This document shows positions 57,869 to 64,000 of a stretch of DNA of 64,000 nt, piece by piece. Source of the stretch: a virus (taxonomy: Duplodnaviria > Caudoviricetes); IMG/VR virus record IMGVR_UViG_3300028048_000039, positions 96,001 to 160,000 of that record. One strand, given 5' to 3'. Each line of letters begins with the position of its first letter. The first letter of the stretch is position 1. A model generated the notes under the pieces. It made no database searches. It was not told the DNA's origin and was given only the letters and a program-made list of their open reading frames with translations. The position numbers and the translations under genes are program-made.

Positions 57869-58245
57869 TTACAGAAGATTATGTAAGTTTTGAAACCGCT
57901 AAACTCTTGAAAGAGAATGGATTTAAGATTCCGTATGATTCTTTCAGGGGTGTGTACATAAATGGTATTTTTAAGAGACTTAATCCAGGAGATGGTTATG
58001 GATATAATACAGGGGATGAAATTGTGGAAGTGTGTTCTCTACAAATGGCAATGAAGTGGCTGAGAGAAGAGCATAAGATTGAAATATATCCATATCATCA
58101 AAATTCACCAACATGTGATAAGTGGTGGTTTGAGATTGTAAATTTCCCATCCCAAGTTAGCGAATATGAATCCAATACAATATATACCACTTACGAAGAA
58201 GCCTGTGAAGTGGCGATAAAGTATTGTTTAGAAAAATTAATTTAG
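57865..58245 (+). CDS. Paralog family E, copy 2
   Basis: Identical first ~29 nt to copies 1 and 3. Confidence 0.7.
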   Translation: MITEDYVSFETAKLLKENGFKIPYDSFRGVYINGIFKRLNPGDGYGYNTGDEIVEVCSLQMAMKWLREEHKIEIYPYHQNSPTCDKWWFEIVNFPSQVSEYESNTIYTTYEEACEVAIKYCLEKLI

Positions 58246-58319
58246 GGAATAATATAATTGTTGACTAACACCGCTTTCTATCTCAGCGATTCACAGGGTT
58301 CGTAACCTCTTTCCTCCAC
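58245..58319 (+). pseudogene. Degenerate tRNA-like element
   Basis: GGGAA/TTCCT partial acceptor stem, CGCT/AGCG arm, GGGTTCGTAACC T-loop, ends ...CCA; D arm and anticodon non-canonical. Confidence 0.35.
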
Positions 58320-58325
58320 ACTATA

Positions 58326-58351
58326 CAGCCGTTCCTCGGCTGTTTTTTTTA
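58326..58351 (+). terminator. Rho-independent terminator
   Basis: ACAGCCG-ttcct-CGGCTGTTTTTTTT. Confidence 0.8.
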
Positions 58352-58424
58352 TTTCTATGAAAAAGTTTGTTTTTATTTAGAATTTTTTGTATATTTGCAG
58401 TGTAAAAGAAAATTTGATTTAGTT

Positions 58425-58790
58425 ATGATTACAGAAGATTATGTAAGTTTTGAAGTTGCAAAACTATTGGAAGAGAAAGGGTTTAACGAAGCATGTTTTG
58501 CTTTTTATAATCCTGAGGGTATGCTTATACAAAGCGGTATAAGACTTAATAATATTCAAGTAGGTGTGGTAAAAGGTTCTTACTCTGCTCCAACCCTTCA
58601 AATGGCAATGAAGTGGTTGAGAGAAGTACACGGATTGCATGTGGATATTGACCCATTAGAAGGGAATTGGCGTACTAAAATTGTAGAATTGGAAGATTTG
58701 TGCGAGGTGGATAGAGGTATCTCATTATATGGTACATATGAAGAAGCCTGTGAAGCGGCTATAAAGTACTGTTTAGAAAATTTGATTTAG
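58425..58790 (+). CDS. Paralog family E, copy 3
   Basis: Start reset downstream of the promoter at 58390. Confidence 0.7.
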   Translation: MITEDYVSFEVAKLLEEKGFNEACFAFYNPEGMLIQSGIRLNNIQVGVVKGSYSAPTLQMAMKWLREVHGLHVDIDPLEGNWRTKIVELEDLCEVDRGISLYGTYEEACEAAIKYCLENLI

Positions 58791-58792
58791 AT

Positions 58793-59026
58793 ATGAAAAA
58801 GATTTTGATAATTATTTTTACTGTGGTTTTGTTCACAGGTTGCACAAGTGGCATAAATTACCGCATGAGCGTTAAGAAAGGAGATATAAGAAAGACCTAC
58901 ACGAATGAGTATGTTCTTACAGAGATTTGTAATGGCTCCAATGGTTTTGGTACTCCAACTTGGGATAAGGTAGCGGTTGAAAAGATTGATTCGTTATCAT
59001 TAATAATGAAAAACAATTATAAATAA
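58793..59026 (+). CDS. Small lipoprotein
   Basis: MKKILIIIFTVVLFTG|C lipobox. Confidence 0.65.
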   Translation: MKKILIIIFTVVLFTGCTSGINYRMSVKKGDIRKTYTNEYVLTEICNGSNGFGTPTWDKVAVEKIDSLSLIMKNNYK

Positions 59027-59030
59027 AATT

Positions 59031-59315
59031 ATGAAATACGAAGATTTTAAGGAATTGTTTGAACTAAAGTTCTACTCAATGAAAGATAACCACATTGTTG
59101 AATGGCAAGTGGAGAAAGTGATATTGTGTAATTACAACAGAGATGAGTTTAATAATTTATGTCCAGTTTATAATGGAAATCTTGATGTGGAATATGAGTT
59201 GAAAAGGAAAGACAAAAATAATACATATCAGTATGTTACTATACACAAGAACATGATAGGAAAAACATTTTTTACTTCAATCACAGACTTGGTAAATCAC
59301 ATAATGCCTGAATAA
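59031..59315 (+). CDS. Hypothetical protein
   Basis: In-operon ORF. Confidence 0.55.
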   Translation: MKYEDFKELFELKFYSMKDNHIVEWQVEKVILCNYNRDEFNNLCPVYNGNLDVEYELKRKDKNNTYQYVTIHKNMIGKTFFTSITDLVNHIMPE

Positions 59316-59335
59316 TTAAGATAAATAATTTAGTT

Positions 59336-60949
59336 ATGACAAGAGAAGAAGCAATAAATATATTAAGTGAAAGATATGGCAGTGCTTTATTTTCGGAGCG
59401 CACGGCCCTTGAAACACTTATCCCAGAACTCCGAGAGAATGAGGATGAGATGATAAGGAAATGGCTATATGACTATATAAGCAATTGTCCTAATAATAAC
59501 TTTGCCTTCTATGGTGGGGTCGGGAAAGATGCTGTCTTGAACTACCTTGAAAAGCAGAAAGAGCGTGGTGAAGCAAATTTTAGAGAAGGATATCTGCATG
59601 GATTTGAAGATGCACAAAAAGAGCAGAAACCCACAAATAATAGCACCAGGGAAAAAATCATTAGTAGAGCAACATCCGAAAAACAAGTGGTTCTTATTTC
59701 AGAATCAGGCGGTGAAGCAGAAATTGGTTGGGACACTCGTTCCTTGGAAGATGCAAAGAAGTTGTTAGAGTATGGACTTGCGTTTATCAATAAGAGCATC
59801 ACAAACCCTGCTGAAAAACAGAAAGATAACGCATCAAACAGTTTTGATGATGTATGGGATGAAGAGGACTGCGAAGAGATTATTGCCGAAGGGCAGAAAT
59901 TGACCCCAAGGTTTAAGGAATTGCTTAAAGAAGTCTGTCATGCTTGGTATGATAGAGGTGTTAAACTCGCAGAACAGAAAGCAGCAGAAACTCCACAATG
60001 GATGATTGATTTTCTGAATGATATACTCTCATCTTGTATCATATATGATGATTATGTTAGAAGACGAGAGTATCAAAGTAAAGTTCTTGGTATTATCAAG
60101 TGGCTTGAGAATCAGAAAACAAAAACTCCTCAATGGATGATTGATTTTCTGAAAGAGATACAGCCTTATTCTATAAATAAGGAAGAGTATGCAGGTTACG
60201 CCGGAAGGATAGAGTTTGAAAGTAAAATTCTTACCATCATAAAATGGCTTGAAGGTAACTTTATTCAGCAGAAAGAGCAGAAGCCAGTAGAGTGGACAAA
60301 ACTTACTTGGAAAGATGTTAATGATTTAGAAGAAATAATGAATGAAGTTCGTTCCGATTATCGTGGGGGAGGTATAGGACAAAAGAGTTTTGGCTTAGAG
60401 GTTCTTGAAAGATTCCGTTACATAAAAGGCGATGAACTTGATGTAAAAGAGCAGAAACCCACAGAGTGGAGCGAGGAAGGCAAGAATGCGATAGTAGATA
60501 TTCTACGAGGACTTCATAAAGGAATTTTATATAAAGAAGCAGAAGAAATAGCAGACGATATACTCAAATTCCTCAAACCCAAGCCAAAGAATGAGTGGAG
60601 TGAAGAGGATGAAAGAATGCTTTCTCGTTGTATTAAGTCTGTAGAATGTTCAAAACAATTTGCTGATTCGGAAACTTATAAGGCGGCAAAAGATGTAGAA
60701 ATGAATTGGCTCAAATCCCTCCGTTTCCAGCCACGACAGAACCCAGAAGTCAAACTCACAGGATGGGTGGCAAGAGATAGAAATGAAGACATATGTGTTT
60801 ACGAGGATTACCCTGAAAAAGATTCTAAAAGGCAGTTTTGGTTTGCATCTGGTCATATGTCTCTTGACGAAAAATCTTTCCCAGACATTAAGTGGGAAAA
60901 TGAGCCCGTAGAAGTTGAGATAACTATTAGAAAAAATGAGCATATCTAA
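59336..60949 (+). CDS. Modular mosaic protein, family F, copy 1
   Basis: Shares N- and C-terminal modules with 61081; internal modules separated by (K)EQKP linkers; TPQWMIDFL module duplicated. Confidence 0.7.
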   Translation: MTREEAINILSERYGSALFSERTALETLIPELRENEDEMIRKWLYDYISNCPNNNFAFYGGVGKDAVLNYLEKQKERGEANFREGYLHGFEDAQKEQKPTNNSTREKIISRATSEKQVVLISESGGEAEIGWDTRSLEDAKKLLEYGLAFINKSITNPAEKQKDNASNSFDDVWDEEDCEEIIAEGQKLTPRFKELLKEVCHAWYDRGVKLAEQKAAETPQWMIDFLNDILSSCIIYDDYVRRREYQSKVLGIIKWLENQKTKTPQWMIDFLKEIQPYSINKEEYAGYAGRIEFESKILTIIKWLEGNFIQQKEQKPVEWTKLTWKDVNDLEEIMNEVRSDYRGGGIGQKSFGLEVLERFRYIKGDELDVKEQKPTEWSEEGKNAIVDILRGLHKGILYKEAEEIADDILKFLKPKPKNEWSEEDERMLSRCIKSVECSKQFADSETYKAAKDVEMNWLKSLRFQPRQNPEVKLTGWVARDRNEDICVYEDYPEKDSKRQFWFASGHMSLDEKSFPDIKWENEPVEVEITIRKNEHI

Positions 60950-61080
60950 AGTTACAAGGTTGGAAAATGAAACAGAAGCAATAAACTATAATAAGATAGT
61001 GATTAATACTAATATTTGGATTTTAACTATAATTAATTACATATTACATTTTGGATTTAAAGTAAGAAAGGAGAAATAGT

Positions 61081-62862
61081 ATGACAAGAGAAGAAGCAAT
61101 AAGGATACTAAGTGAAAGATATAGTAGTGCCTTATTTTCAGAACGCACTGCACTGGAAACACTTATTCCTGAACTCAAAGAAAGTGAGGAAGAAAAAGCA
61201 AGAAAGTGGATATATGACTACATCCATAACTGTCCTAATGAGTCTTTTGAGTTCTATGGTGGGGTCGGGAAAGATGCTGTCTTGAACTACATCGAAAAGC
61301 AGAAATACGATAGGATGAAACCTATCTATGATGCAAGAGAATCCTTTGAATCCGCACTTGAAAAGGCTTGGAATGATTATCATAACGGATATGAAAATGT
61401 TGACAAGTTGGAAGATGACTATGTGGAATGCGCTCATGCCAAGGGATTCCGTGAAGGATACTTATTTGGCATCGAAAAGCAGAAAGAGGCAAGTAAAGCA
61501 ATAGAGGCTGTTGAAAACATTGACAAGTACCTTGATGAACATCTTGCCAATGCACACGATATGAAGGATTCCAATCCTGACAAAAAGTATTACCGTGGAT
61601 GGGACGATTATCCAGAACTGGCAGGAATACTACAGGATGTTTATTCCGAAGAAGAGCAGAAAGAGCCTGATGGGACATGGACAGAAGAAGATGAAGCGAC
61701 GGGAAAATATGCAAAAGAACACCCAGCTAACCTTGAAGAAGCAGCAGAAAAATATGCAAATAAAGAACATCCAGATGAGTCAAGTGTTGGACAATTTGGT
61801 ACAGGTGATTATGAGCCACCTATTGATAGAGAATACCCAAGAGAAATTGCAAAAGATGCTTTCAAAGCTGGTGCAGAATGGCAGCAGAAAAAGCAGAAAC
61901 CAGTAGAGGATTGGAGAGAAAAGAGAAAGGAAGAGTGTCCGTTTAGGAGAAACCTTGACAACAATCTTTATGGCTGTAAACGATATGCTGATGTAATTAG
62001 CGAATGTACTGGAGCCTGTTCTTGGGTTGTGGATTACCCGAAGATAAAAGAAATTCAAGATAGGCAAGAACAGAAGCCCGAATCTAAGGTAGAACCTAAG
62101 TTCAGGGTTGGTGACACTCTCCGTAAAAAGGGTAAGAGTTATACATTCACTGTAGACAGAATAATAGATGATTGCTATCTTACAGAAAGAAATAGTTTCT
62201 TCTACATTCAGGACCAAGACCAATGGGAACTTGTTTCCATCCCGATTGAGGGCGAATTTCCTTATACTGACTCCGCAGACACTTTGGATGGCGAGATAGA
62301 CAACATTTGGAGTAAATTAAGTTGCAACAACTGGTTTACAGCAGACAAATGCGGCTTTTATGAAGTAATCCACCATTTTGCAAACTGGATTGAAGAGCAT
62401 CAGCCTAAAGAGTGGAGCGAGGATGATGAGCACAGATGTAAGGATGCTATCTATTTTCTCGAAACGGCAAAAAAACATTATGCTTGTACTTCAGAGATTG
62501 AACTCACTATTAAATGGCTCAAATCACTCCGTCCACAATCTAAAGATGAAATACACAAAGAGAAAAATGAGAAACCTAAACACACGGAAGTATGGGTAGA
62601 AGGTAGGACAATCTTTGAGCAAGATGCAAATACTTTTGTTAACACCGAGGGAGAATTCGAAGCCAAACTCACAGGATGGGTGGCGAGAGATGAAAATAGA
62701 GAAATATGGGTTTATGGTAATTACCCTGAAAAAAATTCTGAAAAGCATATATGGACAGAAAGTAGTTGTATGCCTCTTGACCAAAAATCTTTTCCAGACC
62801 TCAAATGGGAAGACGAACCTGTAGAAGTTGAGATAACTATTAGAAAAAATGAGTATGTCTAA
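61081..62862 (+). CDS. Modular mosaic protein, family F, copy 2
   Basis: Same termini as 59336 with a different internal module set. Confidence 0.7.
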   Translation: MTREEAIRILSERYSSALFSERTALETLIPELKESEEEKARKWIYDYIHNCPNESFEFYGGVGKDAVLNYIEKQKYDRMKPIYDARESFESALEKAWNDYHNGYENVDKLEDDYVECAHAKGFREGYLFGIEKQKEASKAIEAVENIDKYLDEHLANAHDMKDSNPDKKYYRGWDDYPELAGILQDVYSEEEQKEPDGTWTEEDEATGKYAKEHPANLEEAAEKYANKEHPDESSVGQFGTGDYEPPIDREYPREIAKDAFKAGAEWQQKKQKPVEDWREKRKEECPFRRNLDNNLYGCKRYADVISECTGACSWVVDYPKIKEIQDRQEQKPESKVEPKFRVGDTLRKKGKSYTFTVDRIIDDCYLTERNSFFYIQDQDQWELVSIPIEGEFPYTDSADTLDGEIDNIWSKLSCNNWFTADKCGFYEVIHHFANWIEEHQPKEWSEDDEHRCKDAIYFLETAKKHYACTSEIELTIKWLKSLRPQSKDEIHKEKNEKPKHTEVWVEGRTIFEQDANTFVNTEGEFEAKLTGWVARDENREIWVYGNYPEKNSEKHIWTESSCMPLDQKSFPDLKWEDEPVEVEITIRKNEYV

Positions 62863-62868
62863 AGTTAC

Positions 62869-62910
62869 AAGGTTGGAAAAATTGCAAAAAATTCCAACCT
62901 GTTTTTGTTT
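62869..62910 (+). terminator. Rho-independent terminator
   Basis: AGGTTGGAA...TTCCAACCT plus GTTTTT. Confidence 0.7.
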
Positions 62911-62971
62911 TCTCATTTTCTTTTTGTATATTTGCAGAAAAGTATATAAGTAAAGATAAGGATGATTAATT

Positions 62972-63358
62972 ATGTGTTTAACATTGAATAACTATTCAAA
63001 AATAGTAATAGCAGAAGAAGACATCATCTGCTACAAGGTATTGCGTGTATTTTCCACAGGGGGTATAGAGGCTCCTTTTCGCAAATTCCAATATGAGGTA
63101 GGAGAAACATATCATACAGATAAAAGACTGAAGAAGATTTGGGACCATGCAAATGGTGTATATGTCATAAAAAAAGGATTCCATAGTTTTCCTCATCATA
63201 TAGATGCAGTTTCTTTCAATAAGAGAATTCTTCCATACACTTTGAATAGTAAGGTCTATAAGTGTATAATACCCAAAGGAACAAGGATGATTTTGGGACA
63301 TTTTTATGGGATGCCATCTATCGTTTCTGAAACAATTAAAATAATAGAAAGAGTATGA
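62972..63358 (+). CDS. Paralog family C, copy 2
   Basis: Homologous to the 48968 gene. Confidence 0.65.
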   Translation: MCLTLNNYSKIVIAEEDIICYKVLRVFSTGGIEAPFRKFQYEVGETYHTDKRLKKIWDHANGVYVIKKGFHSFPHHIDAVSFNKRILPYTLNSKVYKCIIPKGTRMILGHFYGMPSIVSETIKIIERV

Positions 63359-63801
63359 CAACAGAAAATAAGCAGCTATTACTCAAAGACCTCTGTGCGA
63401 GGTTGCCTTATAGGGTAATAGCATATGCATCTGAAATCAATAAAAATGGAATCATAACAGACGTTAATGTACCATACAATATGGTCAATTTAACAGTTGA
63501 TAATGAGAGTGGAAAGTATGAATTAGTTCCTTTATTTGATATTAAACCTTATCTTCGTCCAATGTCAAGTATGACTGAGGAAGAAAAGAAGGTATTTGAT
63601 GATTTTGTTTGTATTGATGAGTTTGCTTGGAACGGTAATGCTGAAAAAGGATATCCAAACCAGGCAGCCATTATGTCAGATGGTATTGACTGGCTTCTTG
63701 AACATCATTTTGATTTCCGTGGTTTGATTAAGAAAGAATTAGCATTGGAGGCGCCGGAGGGAATGTATAAAAGGGGAGTAGCAAATGAGCAGCTTTGTTA
63801 A
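63355..63801 (+). CDS. Paralog family A, copy 3
   Basis: KQLLLKDLCARLPY...PYLRPMSSM...HHFDFRGL. Confidence 0.7.
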   Translation: MTTENKQLLLKDLCARLPYRVIAYASEINKNGIITDVNVPYNMVNLTVDNESGKYELVPLFDIKPYLRPMSSMTEEEKKVFDDFVCIDEFAWNGNAEKGYPNQAAIMSDGIDWLLEHHFDFRGLIKKELALEAPEGMYKRGVANEQLC

Positions 63802-64000
63802 CAAATACAAAATTGTCTATGATGGCAATGATGGAATGACTTACGAAAAGTTTATTTATTGTAAGTTTGAGAATGTTTGGGATGGCCAATTATGGAGAAA
63901 TGAAGACGGTACGCCAGTAGACTTTGAATGCGTTACAGACAGCGAGGCTTATGTTACCGCAATGTGCATTGCAAATATTCCAACTGAGGATAAATACTTC
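63785..64000 (+). CDS. Hypothetical protein, 3'-truncated by window edge
   Basis: MSSFVNKYKIVYDG... open to the end of the window. Confidence 0.5.
   Translation, partial: MSSFVNKYKIVYDGNDGMTYEKFIYCKFENVWDGQLWRNEDGTPVDFECVTDSEAYVTAMCIANIPTEDKYF

Noticed and set aside
58272-58290. Amber-suppressor tRNA (CTA in the loop)
   Set aside because: CTA cannot be placed at positions 34-36 of a 7-nt loop with a paired stem; the structure is too degenerate to assign an anticodon.
44398-58424. TTG starts called at 24741, 37299, 44398, 48875 and 58395
   Set aside because: They fall within or upstream of the TATATTTG promoter element; downstream ATG/GTG starts were used instead.
60750-62862. Diversity-generating retroelement TR/VR pair in the duplicated 3' ends
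   Set aside because: Differences are not adenine-specific, both copies are coding, and no reverse transcriptase is in the window.
1-64000. TAG-to-Gln recoding as in Lak megaphages
   Set aside because: Long genes are uninterrupted in code 11, and TAG ends many genes directly before terminators or the next start (9840, 16607, 38953, 41180, 51189).

Overview
AT-rich, gene-dense segment of a large (jumbo-type) lytic phage, probably infecting Bacteroidota. The host inference comes from repeated TTTG-N19/20-TATATTTG promoters matching the Bacteroidota -33/-7 consensus and from a Bacteroidota-type OmpA. The standard genetic code fits, with TAG used as a stop. Early operons carry an RNA/tRNA repair set (CCA-adding enzyme, Pol-beta nucleotidyltransferase, Thg1, HD-PNK, Rnl2-type ligase, TROVE/vWA, metallophosphoesterases), nucleotide and sugar enzymes (GMP reductase/IMPDH, dUTPase, RmlB), SSB, thioredoxin, DnaJ and an AAA ATPase. 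Genes preceded by a second motif, AACTATTTAT (putative late promoter), encode structural or virion-like proteins. There are two selfish elements. (i) A group I intron with an HNH ORF splits the dUTPase. (ii) A 1.38-kb homing-endonuclease insertion has decapitated a late gene, left the old 5' end behind, supplies a recoded replacement promoter and N-terminus, and carries a predicted kissing-loop RNA leader. The right third (44.4-64 kb) is an accessory array of paralogous, modular proteins joined at short conserved DNA motifs. All functional calls come from motif recognition by eye; no database searches were run.
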